Assembly (NCBI GenBank): GCA_024704765.1
Contig: JAKMXF010000244.1
Span: 177,905-241,904, forward strand
DNA: 64,000 nucleotides
Direction: 5' to 3'
Origin: Oopsacas minuta
Taxonomy: Eukaryota > Animalia > Porifera
The position numbers and the translations under genes are program-made. Below are positions 49,901-61,935 of this stretch, in pieces; the stretch's first letter is position 1, and the number at the start of each line of letters is the position of its first letter. A model generated the notes under the pieces. That model saw only the letters and a program-made list of their open reading frames with translations, did not search any database and was not told where the DNA came from.

Positions 49901-51302
49901 CCCGTTGCACTAAGTGCCCACATTACAAGCCAAAAGCAACATAGCATCTCCAGTGTCACAGAAGGCCATCGATGTAATATGGATGGACAATGGATAATAA
50001 AATCCTAAAATTTGAAATATTCTGTTAATTCGAGGTAGGTAGTGCCAGTATATTCTGTCGCGTAGCAACCAATAACACAATAAAATGTTGCTGTCTAAAT
50101 ATTATTCAGCTAAGTAGGAGCGCAAGCTGTCGCGGAGCAATCTAGCAAGCGAATCGCGGTAGTTCTATTGACCTCGGGTGTGACATAAAAATATATGTTT
50201 TGAAAACTCGATTCAGTCTCTACTGCCTTGCAACATTTGGCTCATATGATTATCTTGTATTGATTTAAGAATGCTCCATTATATTAGTGAAATTCTTCTG
50301 TTAGACTTTACTGGGAATATACTCATGTACAGGGTGATACACACAAGTGGCCGGGCTAGCCCACCGCTATTAGTGGGGCATAGGCCCCACCTACCGCAGC
50401 ATCTGATTACCACTCAATCAATTATTCCAAAATTATTTACTACAAATGCAAAGCTGCATTCAAACTGTATGAAATAAACTTAGAATTCTGTGGCTGTAAA
50501 TAATTCGGAATGATGAACCTGGTTATAGGGTTTCCCTTGCAGGAGTACTCTTGGCTAGTAAAAATATTGGGAGTGAAATAATACTCTCGTTACCCTTAGA
50601 AGGTAGTGGGGGACCGCAGCTCCCCTTGCTCCCCAGGATCTACGCACATGCAGGTGGTCCCACTGAAGGCATGGATGATCCAAGTGAACTGAGAGTACGT
50701 TACCTGAACCCATTAAGTATTGAAGATGAATTCGATAGGGTTTAATTCACAAAAATATGATGGAAACCACTCTGGGTTGCATCATGTATTCTATTTTCTA
50801 TACCTCTATGACAAGAAGCGATATCAACGATTGATGACAAAGGAATATGAAATCATTGAAATTCAACCAATTGCTGCCCAAAATTACATTCTAACACTTC
50901 CCCAACGAATTGATAGAAATCGGACTTTATACTTCAATCAAGATCATGGTGTGATGATCCAGTCTAACATTCGCGTATACTGCACAAAGAGTGGTGGGAT
51001 GTAGCGAAATTAAATATAGCACAGGAAAACAGTGGTAGGTCCCGCAGTTAATAATATGTTAAACAACTAACCTGTAGTGAATGATACTTGAATAAATTAA
51101 TAAAGGATATAATATTAATACTTCATGAAATACAATACTTCAATGAAATACAATCTTATCATTGTTGTAGAAACATAGATTGAAATTGATTGCCGTATAA
51201 TATTTAGAAATTTCCATTCATAAATATCGATTGAAAACCGCAACAAGTTGCCTCTAAGGGAATTCTGCATCAGAAATCCGATATTGGCTAATTATAAATA
51301 TA

Positions 51303-52635
51303 CAGGGGCATTCAATAAATACTAATCATACCATCTAAAACTATAGATACTTGTGTAAAGTTGGTAATTTTTGCAATGAATGTTCAAAGTAGTCTCCTTT
51401 ATACGCTACAACTGAATTTAGCCTTTTAATCCAATTTACAAATGTCTTTCTGTACTCATCCTTGGGAATGACTTCAAGGTATCTGTAAATTGCCCGACCG
51501 AGGCTGAGCCGATCCTCAAATTCGCGTCCGGAGAGGTTATCTTTGAGTTTTCTAAACAGCCAGAAGTCACATGGGGCTATATCAGGGGAGTAAGGTGGAT
51601 GTGGAACTTCGTGCATACCCATATCTTTAATTTTTTGCCTTACAGCCAAAGATTTATGCGTCTAGCATTATCGTGCAAAATTTTGAGACCACGAGTTCCA
51701 GTCTTTGGACGACGCTTAAGATAATCTTTTTCGACCTCAGGCAACACCACATCTGCGTAAAATTGTCCTGTGAGTGTCTGACCTTTGGGAACAGGGATTT
51801 GGGCTACAGGACCTAGGCCATCGAAAAATATGCAGTACAAGACCTTCGGGGCACGGAAGTCGGATACACAAACAGCTGGGGGTACCTCTCCCTTCTTTAG
51901 CCATACCCTGCCATCTTGCTTTCTGATCGGTGGTTTGAATTGTATCCATGTTTCATCTCCTGTTACTATCTCTAATAACCGCCTAGGGTCACTTCCTTCA
52001 TAAATTTCAAGGTTTTCCTTAGCCATTTGGAGTCTCGCGGCCTTTTGTGGAAAAGTTAAGCAATGTGGTACCCATCGCACTTGGACCTTCCTCAGTTCTA
52101 AATCCGCCTTCAGAATTGTGTGTGCACTTCTCGTTGAAATGCCAACATAGGTAGCTACCTCCTCAACCGAAGAATGCGGAAAAGATTTGACATATTCCCT
52201 TACTTCACTCAATTTGTCATTGTTGGTCGCCAGTTTTGGTGCTCCAGGACGAGAGGCGTCTTGGACAGAGTTCCTACCTTCCCTTAATAGGCTCACCCAC
52301 CTCCTGACAGTTGAATATGATAAAGTATCTTCTCCACATATCGTTGCCAGCTCGTCATGAATAGACTTTGGAGGGATTTCGAGAATGGTGCGAAATTTGA
52401 TGTACGTTCGTTGTTCAAGTTCCGAAAAATTTGGACAAGAAGCCATGAAAATGTAAAGGAGAAAATGTAGGTTTCCAAAAATAACTGAAACTTAGGAAAT
52501 AATTAAGTGATTAACTCTCTCTAAGTTTTGTTAGAAAGTTGAAATATGGTTCTATATAATTGCACTGAGAAATACTAGCTCAGAACTGCTATTTCATTAA
52601 AATATACAGTGATTAGTATATATTGAATGCCCCTG
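51303..52635 (-). mobile_element. Near-intact mariner DD34D element (1,333 bp); transposase 52446-51341 broken by one apparent 1-nt deletion
   Basis: 26-bp TIR CAGGGGCATTCAATA(A/T)ATACTAATCA with 1 mismatch and TA TSD. Motifs WVPHCL, VTGDETW, LHDNAR[P]H and YSPDIAPCDFWLF; spacing is 34 after adding one base near 51657. Confidence 0.95.
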
Positions 52636-53885
52636 TACATAATATCCTTTCAAACGAATTATAGTCTATATGCAAGAAGGATATAGCTTCTTTTGAAAGT
52701 TTGCAGGAGACTATTCATATGTAAGGGGCCCTAGCATTGTTCGACAAAATTGTAATTCCGTGGTGGAAAACTTATCCACCTCCTCGCATAACTAGGCCAA
52801 ATTACAGGATCTGTCAAGCATTGGGTTATATGACATGAACTACTTGGCCTATGTCATAATTCAGCCGTGATTGCATGAGGTTGTAAGATAGATGTAGGAA
52901 TTTGTCCAAATTCCTGGAGTGCAACTAATGATATGTTGACCAATAAAATTAGGAAGTCAAACTTCCGCAAAACATCCAGTACCAATGCTTACACTAATCT
53001 GAGGTAAAGAAGTCTTCAATGAAGGCAAGTAGAGAGCAAAATACAAGTATTAAGTAATTAAAATCAATAGTCTTAACAAACACGATAAGGTGCCATTCAA
53101 AAAGTAGGTATAGATTCAAAATACACCAATCATGATGTAGTCTGACCTTCGAACCACTTCCAAGACCAATATAGAAACTAATCCGAAACAAAATCTTTCC
53201 ACAATAGTCAGAACAAAAAAGAAAAGTACACTAAAGTAGCAATTAGTAACATCAGTCCGACAAATGCAGCGCAAACGCATAAAATAGCGGAAATTTCACT
53301 TGAAAAGGCGTGGACCAAAAACTAATTTAATGACTTACTGTGGTTGCACTGGATCTGGAACACAGCTCTGAGTCATTAATTTCGGAACTTGGTGCCAAAA
53401 ATATGTGGAAAAACCAATCAAGTGACACCTAGATGACAACATCGTGAATTCAGAAGAATATGTAGCAAATGTCAATAGAATTGAGGGAACACTGACGTCG
53501 ACAAAGTAATTTAGTGTGTAAAGAGAATTTAACATGTACATAGCGTCTAGCATAAAGGCCCCGAAAAAGGAGTCACTCGATGGAATTCAAACAAAATGAA
53601 TGTAAGATTATTGAGAATTTTGCGTTGCAAGGGAAAATCCCTCGAAATGGTCAATATGTACAATAAGAGAATAAAAGTACTTGTACGCGACAAAATCTGC
53701 AATGGTATATCGTGGATATACGGCTAATATTTGAAGATGCATACGATAATTAAATTGCAAGAACTATTTGAATATGTTAGTCGAGATTGCCTCCAATAAC
53801 TCGATGAATTATTTTCGTATTACATATGTTCTAGCCTAACATTGCGCGTTAAATAGATAATGAACTAGGAATATACTTCATTCTT

Positions 53886-54338
53886 AATTGTACACTATTC
53901 AAATGCGATGGAGCTTTTCTGATAGCATTTTCGGATTCTACGGGTATGTGTTAACTCAACATGAAATTTCGAACTGAATAGGGCAAATATTGATGACTTA
54001 TTGGAATTTTTATATTTGTGCCACAAGTGGCAGAGGTGGTAAATCACTCAAAACATTAACACAAGAATGGAACACCGTATAAAATAATTTGCGAATCACA
54101 AAACAGATTTGGAAATATTTGCATACCTCGAATAAGTCGATTTTAAAACATATTAATAGTCATACGAAGTGGCACGCACATACTTTGAATGTGCCACTTC
54201 TGCCACAAATAAGAAAATGCTAATGAGTCAATAAGATTTGCTTCTATCACTTCGAAATATTCATACTGGAGTAATACACAATCGTAGAATTCAAATATGC
54301 TATCATAATTGCTCAATTTCATTGAACTTTGTGCAATT
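53886..54338. mobile_element. Diverged foldback MITE, apparently related to the inner arms of 16079-16979
   Basis: The arms AATTGTACAC...TTTGTGCCACAAGTGGCAG and GTGCCACTTCTGCCACAAAT...GTGCAATT are inverted. The TTTGTGCCA/GTGGCA core and TTCTGA..ATT..ATTCTAC segment are shared with the 16 kb element. Confidence 0.6.
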
Positions 54339-55451
54339 AGGAGTAGAATATATTCCTATATTTAATGAGTACATTCATTCTAGAAAATGTATAATTCTGG
54401 AAAATGTGTAATTTGAAAATTCATCGATTTTTGTCTGGAAAATATAAACTATCTTAGTCAAATAGTACTTTAAGGGATATTATAGTATGCATATTCAAAT
54501 ATTCGCCATATCTCCAGAAAATTTCCACTCGGGGCGTCCGATTGAAGCATACTTTTCTCAGGTGGACGAATATGGTTAGTAGATAACAAAAACACATTTT
54601 AGACGTTAGTAGGAATTTGTTAAGGCGTAAAGTTAGTTTAACTAGACTAAAACGTTAACATACTCTTGTATTTATTGGCAACGAGGGCGTCACGGCTATA
54701 GGACAATAGTGGAAATTATTCAGGGGCCTCAAGCCTAAAAGGGCCTTCAAGACTAGGAAATGAGCTCAAAAATCATAACATTATAAGAATGTGCAGAGAA
54801 TTGAATTCGATCAATGCCTCAATTCTCAGTATTTCCTTGTCAATTGGAACTTACAATTACTGTAGAAACTAGATAAACAGACACTCGTAGGGAAATGAAA
54901 ATCTAATCGGTTTATACATATGAAACATTTATTCATCAGAAATACTATCGAATTATAGAGGCCTTCCAGGTGAGACAAGTGTTGGTTTACACAGATTGTA
55001 CTGTATCTCATTTCATAAAATCACACCATCATCATACTTTAAACTGAAATTCAGTTTACGGTCCATTGCCTAGCTAAATTGATATAACTCATCCTGATTG
55101 ATGTAAACTAATTTCGTTGTAGATATTCGTAATCAATGAAAGATTTTACGTCGTTTGTGTGGTCACAAGAACATATTTGGAAACAATTCTTCCTTAGCAA
55201 CAAAGAAATGTGTCATGAATGTGGAAAATACAATTCATAAATCTGCTACGTGGCTCTTCTTTCAATGATACAGAGATTTACATCACTTAAAAGCATATAA
55301 GCAAAGTAACGATCGATATTGGATCGATAGAGAAGATAGACTTGTCCGATTAAATATTTTCAAAATATTTGTCAATTTCTTAGACCCATCGAGATTAAAT
55401 GTTAAATTCAGATACATACAAATTTAACACTTGATTTGAGTATTGAAATAA

Positions 55452-55703
55452 ATGTGTTTAGCTAGACCTACACACCGTCAAAAATCCCACCTTAGTTCTC
55501 GAAGCTTGAATTCAATTCCTCCAACGACTGTTGAGTTTGAAAGAGAGTTTTGGCTGCTGAGCTCTTCATTACAAAAAAGATCTATGTTACGTGATGGCAC
55601 TCTAGATAGTTTCTGTTTTCTGAAATGGTATTTTCAGAAGCTAGATCTTTGGGCCAATTGTTATTTTAATTATTCTTTAGTTATTCTATTTAAACTCAAT
55701 TAA
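55452..55703 (+). mobile_element. hAT C-terminal dimerisation-domain remnant
   Basis: LNSIPPTTVEFEREF...KRSMLRDGTLDSFCFLKWYF matches the hAT pattern IPPTSVESERAFS...RSRLSD.TLD.LCFL..YF. Confidence 0.7.
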
Positions 55704-55969
55704 TTCTTATGATTTAGATTAGACATTACATTACGTATAGTCAATTATTCAAGTAACTGCTTATTATTAGCAACTGGACTGATAAACGGATATCCGGATA
55801 ATTTAGAACCCTACTCGGCAGTCCATGCCCCGATTTCTCTGAATAATTCAAGTTGTAAGATTTTAATATCCATGGTTCATCAAAATTTAATGCAATGGCC
55901 TTCTCTGGTGACACTGGAGATGCTTAGTCGCTTTTGGTTAGTAATCTCGGCAATTTGTGCCTTGGTCAT

Positions 55970-56610
55970 TAAGAAATTCTGAAATTATTGAAAATTTGTA
56001 CAGTCATAATCCCATGATGAGTTAGCTTTTGGTCAGAATCATGGCGTTTAGACATCTGTCACATTTAGAGGTGTATCTAACTCAAATTTAAAGCATCTAT
56101 CATGTGTATTGGTGGAGCAGTAGATCTAAAGGTGATTTTTCGAAAATCCAAAAGGTGACATTGAGGTCATAATTTCACCATATGTGTGCATTTTATCCAA
56201 GACTCGAACATGTCCGTCAGCCCCAAATATCCCTCTATTCCAAAATCAGCCCTGCGGGCCTTCCAGTTTCTTCAATCTATCCTAGACATACATATATATA
56301 TATATATATATATACATATATATTGGCCAGCTCGGACAAGTTTGCGTCTTGGACCAAAATTCATATTTGTGATGAAATTATGATGTCATTGTCACCTTAT
56401 TGAATTTTCGAAAATCATGTTATTAACCACTGTTCAACAAATAAACTTGATAGAAGTTGGAAATTCATATCAGATGTATCCCTCCATCTGACAAACGTCC
56501 GAAGTAATGATTCAGACCCAGAGCTAACACATCATGGGATTCATACCTTATCATGACTACAATTGTTTTCCAAATTTCGGAAAAATTTCAGAATTTCAAA
56601 GTATCTGAGT
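55970..56610. repeat. Second head-to-head pair of the 49.3-49.9 kb repeat family around (TA)n
   Basis: The reverse complement of the left copy (TGTCTAGGATAGATTGAAGAAACTGGAAGGCCCGCAGGGCTG...CGGACATGTTCGAGTCTTGGA) and the right copy (CTCGGACAAGTTTGCGTCTTGGACC...GATGAAATTATGATG..ATTGTCACC) align to 49540-49860. (AT)n lies at ~56291-56322. Confidence 0.7.
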
Positions 56611-56812
56611 CATAAAGAGCTCAGATTGCTAACCAAGAGCTCCAGCAAGTCTTGCAATCTAAATTCGAGTAATTTCTTTGCCATTCTCTTCTCTTACATA
56701 TTTCTGGAGGATTGAATTTATACGAGGCGATCTTCCAAAAAGACAGACAATTCTGCGAACTTTGGAAAATACTTCTTCTATCCACGTTCTAAATAAAAGG
56801 CGAGGAATACTA

Positions 56813-57058
56813 CCTGCCTGGCCAAAGGTATTGGAACACCCTGCCACAATTAATACCTGAAACAAAGGGTATGCTATCACAGTTGTATAAGCTAAAGATG
56901 TTTCAAAAAATGTTGAACATAAATATATCATAAAACGAATGATAACAAGCTATTGTTCTACTTTCTGCAATATCCATCGAATCTTTCAACATATTCTCAT
57001 CTAATGCCACTTGTGCACAAGTTGTAAACAGTGTTCCAATACTTTTGGCCAGGCAGTG
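56813..57058. mobile_element. Tc1-type MITE (246 bp)
   Basis: TIR C(A)CTGCCTGGCCAAA(G/A)GTATTGGAACAC at both ends with TA flanks. Confidence 0.8.
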
Positions 57059-57093
57059 TATCATATATATGCCCACTTTTGAATCGATAATTG

Positions 57094-57132
<39 letters not shown>
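57094..57132. repeat. (CAT)13 microsatellite, equal to the 12-Asp run of the hAT remnant on the minus strand
   Basis: Read directly from the sequence; the ORF track shows YDDDDDDDDDDDDAIID. Confidence 0.95.
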
Positions 57133-58979
57133 ATAAAATCACAAACAGCTAAGGGAATTTCGGAAGCACAACAAATCTGTCGTTGCGGCTTGATAAACTT
57201 GCAATACTTGACCATAACATAAGCTTCATCATTAACCTTTTCCAGTTGGCATACTTCATGTAATCCTTTGCATTCAAAAAAACAAAACTCGTCTTTGGTA
57301 TGCAGATATATATTCATAAACCTACGATTTCGGCAGGACGTATACTCTTCGAAAGATATCTAGTACCATTCATAATCAAGTTAGGAAATTGTTTCAACAA
57401 TATTTCTTCAATACTTTTCCAGAAGGAAATTAAATAAGCAGTTCTTTGGCACGAGGGTGGACTATATCCTTATTCCATTAAAGACGTCTTTATGAATGAA
57501 CTTTATACTATTTCATGAATGATAAATCCTTCTAAAACAGAAAGTCTCGAAATGATAATTGCGAGAGATTCCTTCTTGACATATTACATAATGTCTATTT
57601 TCACTTTACATTTCTACGCAACTGTTTCTGTCATAACGTAAAATCCAATTATATGCTTAGACCGAGAATAATTTCACATTACACTAGTTCAACCACCTTT
57701 GCAACAAACCAGTGCAATACATATATTGCATCTGCTAAATCGCCTAGAAGTGAATACTGATCCCAAACTTCAGACATTTTCGACAGGATAGACATTAAGT
57801 AAATGAATAATTACAAGATGTAGAAACTAGCAATTGTTGTCATAAAATAGCTACAAATAGCACATATCGAGTATCCGAACGTGTGCCACTATAAACAATG
57901 AAAAGAGGTAAATGAAGAACGTCAAAAGCAGCGAAAAACTATCATAGTGGGTTATTCGCTTCCCATAGGGGAAATTTTCAAATTTACATCCTGTCAATAT
58001 ATATTGAGAATGATTAGAAATATGTGCGTCTATCCAAATCTACCATTTCTCTAAATCTGAATCAGTTTACATTTTTATTGTACTATCTGAAAGTATTACC
58101 AAATTATTTGTACACTATCAAATAAATTACTGGGTGTAGTGTTAATGTTAATTTTCCAACTCAAACCCAATTTCTGTGAAATTAAAATAATTTTCTGTAA
58201 TTAACCTTTGTGATGATACAGCATAATTTTGGGTTATAGAATATGAATAATGCGAACATATTTTATTATGAACAAAAGTTTCTGGCACTTTCTCACAAAT
58301 ATTCAGGATATTACACGCATGACACATTATCAAAAAAACTACTCTATAAATGTTTGTTCAACGAAGTTCTCCGGAACCCAATAATACCAACATTCCATTC
58401 TATACTTTTGGTCACTATGGTATGTCAAGCTAAACTGTCACTATATTGATGTAATGTCTAAATCAACTATTATTCACCTGGCTCCCAAAATACAATCTAA
58501 CTTATTATAATGTTGCTACATTTGTTTAAACATTATCAGTGACTTCTAGCAAGTGTTTGACAGTAGAACCAATTTCTGAACTGTCGCAATTTCAGTTCGC
58601 TTTACAACCTCGTTGATGTTCCAACTCTAAGCACTTCTTACATTTGAGACAGTTAGGAAACTTCTCATTGAGTACTAACTTTCCTATTAAGTATACTCGG
58701 GACAATATGTCTTTCACTTCTGAAAGGAAATCTGATTTCACAAATGATAGTAACTAAACCTGTGTATTAGCTTATGTGCCTGTTCCAAACTTTCTTCAGT
58801 TAATCTCTTAAGTCTACGAATATCATTCAGATCTATAAATTGATAGGTATGTTACAGAAATTTTTGAGAAACGAACAAACAAACTGAATTACAAGTGCTA
58901 ATGTTCCCACTTCTGCCAGGTTGGTCAAAACTGAATATTTGCAACTTCTTTAATTCATTGTGTAATCAGTTTATGGCTT

Positions 58980-59650
58980 GTTCTTATGTTTACACGATCA
59001 GCCCAGCTATGTTTTCCCGCTGCTATTCGATAAAATAATTAAGGAACCAATAAGTATACGTAAGTATGATTGCAAGGGTGCAATAGGAAGGTTCTCAATT
59101 GAAATTGCAGGTTCATGAGTGATTCCAGCTTGTTGTCGGGAATGATAAGCTGTAAGCTCCTTTCCATCAGAAGTTAGCTCTACGGTAATGTCTTTGATCG
59201 TTTGGGATGTCAATCAAGCGGAAAACCTGCTATTACAACTTCAGGACCTAATTCATCAGTTTGACTTGCGAAGCAACATTGACAAGCAACGCCACCGTAG
59301 CCAGTAAATATGGCACACATTTCACCATCTCACATTGAGGCCTTAATTTCACTATTTACATGTCCACCTTCATTCTCGAAGCCAGTTGAGTTGAGTTCTT
59401 TAATTTGTTGATTCAAGAAATTCACTAGAGCCCCACTGTAGGCATGAAAGGCGGGCACAATTACCATTTGTAATTAATTCTCGCTGCTTAAGCGCTTACG
59501 AGGTAAAGAAGTATACGAAAGTGGCGGTAATGCTCCCTAGTGAATAGCTGAAATTTTGTTGCAATGATGCATTCGACCAAGCTTGTTATGGGCCGGAATC
59601 CAGTCAAATTTGAACTTGAAATCCAATTTGAATAATAATGTAAATTCCAT
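58980..59650 (-). mobile_element. Transib/RAG1-like transposase remnant (tentative)
   Basis: QQIKEL...VNSEIKASM*DGEMCAIFTGYGGVACQCCFAS...GFP, then AGITHEP...IAPLQSYLRI. This resembles the Transib/RAG-like pattern M.DGK....TG....C..C.A ... (S/A)PLH..IR. Stops and frameshifts are present. Confidence 0.5.
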
Positions 59651-59989
59651 AGAAATCGAAACACAAAAGATAATCCTCATATAGCTCTGTGTAATCGTGT
59701 AAATCAGAGGATTTATTCATAGTCGCTGCTAATGTAATATTTTACATGATGGGCATGAGACATTTAACCCTTACTAAAATATGTAAACTGGTGTGGATGT
59801 GATGCAAAGAACATTTTGAAGACCACACAAGTGCTAAAAGTTGGCACAGAGACTAGGGCTCGTGCCCTATATGCCAGGGTCCCCACAAATCTCCTGTCCG
59901 CCCACCTCCCCAGATAATTCATTTCTGCCCATAGATAAATACTTTGGGGGTCCCGATATGGATGCTACTGAGTAGAGTTCGCTAAACAT

Positions 59990-61000
59990 TCAAAAAGTAA
60001 CATCATTCAATATGCAAAAATGGTTTAGATATTTAATTGAAAATCCGGTAGATGTTCTCATCAGCGAAGAAAAGAAGAAAGTGTTATCTCTTGCGAATAA
60101 TGATATGCAATTAAGAAAAGTCATAGTTTATCTCCTCATTGATGTAGTCATTACATTAGCTCAATTAAAACTGCTCTTTCTTTGTCATCTTGAGAGAAGT
60201 ATCAACGAATAAAGGTGTTTTCAAGGGAATTGTCGACATATTTCTCCTTTTTATAGCTAAGAAAGACCAGTTATCTATTGTAATAAGATATGTGAATGAT
60301 AATGGTAATTAGATGAATTTTTACTGACTTGATTGATGTTAATCGGTACGTGGTCTAGGTTATGATGGATGTGTACAATGGACGGTAGATATAATGGAGT
60401 GCAGAATTCAATTCAAGTAAAGACCCTAAAGCATATTTTGTACATAGCTATGGGCATTGGTTGAACCTGGTTACTGTTGACTCTTGTAGACGAAATGTGA
60501 ACACTAAAAATTGCTTTGGTCTAAGGCGAAAGCTATATACATTCTCTGAAGGTAGCATGATGGGATATGGGGATTTAAAGATATTCAGATATTATGTTAT
60601 GCCAGTTAGGGTGAAGGAAATAAAATAGGCATACTTAAACAACTAAGTGAACCTAGATGGTCTTCAAAAGTTGTCGGAATATGGTAAGTGAGCCATCAAA
60701 TTGATGGAAATTTTATGCAGATTTTGATTATCACCAAGAAAATGCTAAATATCTGATTCAAGAAAGTTAGATATATTTGAATTATTTCCTCATAGTTATG
60801 AAGGTGGGCCATTGGAGCTGATAATAAGAAAAGATAACTTCGATCGACTGCTATCAGGGGTTATATACCACTATATTTCGAAAAATCACTATAAGATGGG
60901 TATTGATAAGGAGATTTGAATTGAGCGGAATTTAGAAAGAGTAATTATAGCTCTAAAAAACATATTCGATTACTTTGGAATCCGAAATAACGGACAATAG
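59990..61000 (+). mobile_element. hAT (Tip100/ZMYM1-like) transposase remnant
   Basis: MDGRYNGVQNSI, then after a frameshift DPKAYFVHSYGHWLNLVTVDSC...FG...LYTFSEGS. This matches the hAT core G..NGVQA.I....P.A.YVHCY.H.LNLV.VD....LY.F.EGS. Confidence 0.75.
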
Positions 61001-61935
61001 AGGGTCACTGGTGTACGACCCTGTTAATTTTGATGCTCTCTTTGTGTTGGCATTTTGTCCAAATATTTGTCAAGTTTTTATAAAACAAAACACTGAAAAT
61101 AATAATCCAAATTTTTAATATAGTCAAATTTAACGGTAATTTCACCAAAAGTATTCTTCTAGAGGTTGGTGATAAAATGATATTCACAGGTATGGAGCTA
61201 TGTTTTAGACCGATGATAATTAAGGGAGATAAGGTAATCAAATTAACTAGATAATTTTGAAAGTAATTGATAAATCAGTGTAGTGAGCCAATCTGATTTC
61301 ATTGCCCACTTCCTAAACCTTTGTAGTATATTTTGATAATTATCTCTGAACAATATCGCGTAATGATGAAGAAAGACAATCTTGAGATATTTAAGATTAT
61401 GTCAGCTTGGTAATATATATCAAAATGTATTACAAGGCCGTTGGAAGTTGATTTGCATAATAAATTGGCTATTCTGATTAAACAGTATCATAAATATTGA
61501 TAAAGATCTGTGATCTATGGTATCTAAAGGAATTATATATCGCGCCAACTTTTGTATAACAATTTCTTGATATATATTCCAGTAAATTATCTACAAAATA
61601 TCACTTTGAAATAGACTATTGAATATTTGACATTCTAATAGGCATCAAAGAATGACAGAATTCAACAGAAAGTATAATTACTCACTAGAAAAATCATTTG
61701 ATACATAACTGGAATACTTACATATATTGGTATTATAGTTTTGCTGGACTAAGTATATGCAATACACTTAATAGGATAAAAATTAACCGTTTCTGAAAAA
61801 GTAAACTACATATATGCAAATACTTTGGTCGAAATCTACATTCATAATCCACAATCCCAATGAATTCTGAGGCCTTTTGTATAGCTACTCATGTCAAAAA
61901 ATATAGAAAAAGGATAATGAAAGGACAAGAATCAC

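Larger units (their letters stand above)
56600..58400 (-). mobile_element. Decayed Ac-like hAT transposase, interrupted by a Tc1-type MITE
   Basis: Motifs SFEEYTSCRNRRFMNIYLH, DEAYVMVKY.K.IKPQ.Q.C.A..I.LAVCD, a poly-Asp linker, FSKVRRIV..F.RSP..NSILQKYVREENGKE and LDCKT.WSS. The upstream boundary is approximate. Confidence 0.75.
44327..61935 (-). other. UBR4: UBR4 intron, 17,609 nt, GT-AG, phase 0
   Basis: Donor CAG|gtgatt at 61935 and acceptor ttttag|GTG at 44327. The junction LLEKADQ|VYKQL matches human LLDKADRVYHQL. Confidence 0.85.

Noticed and set aside
12197-52478. Many ORF-track entries overlapping transposons (e.g. 12215-12427, 14595-14810, 20014-20256, 32504-32743, 37607-38027, 41697-42027, 51737-52003, 52293-52478)
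   Set aside because: They are antisense or alternate-frame shadows of transposase sequence, not independent genes.
52994-53191. GLGSGSK as a kinase glycine-rich loop
   Set aside because: No VAIK, HRD or DFG motifs follow, and the loop lacks the FG.V consensus.
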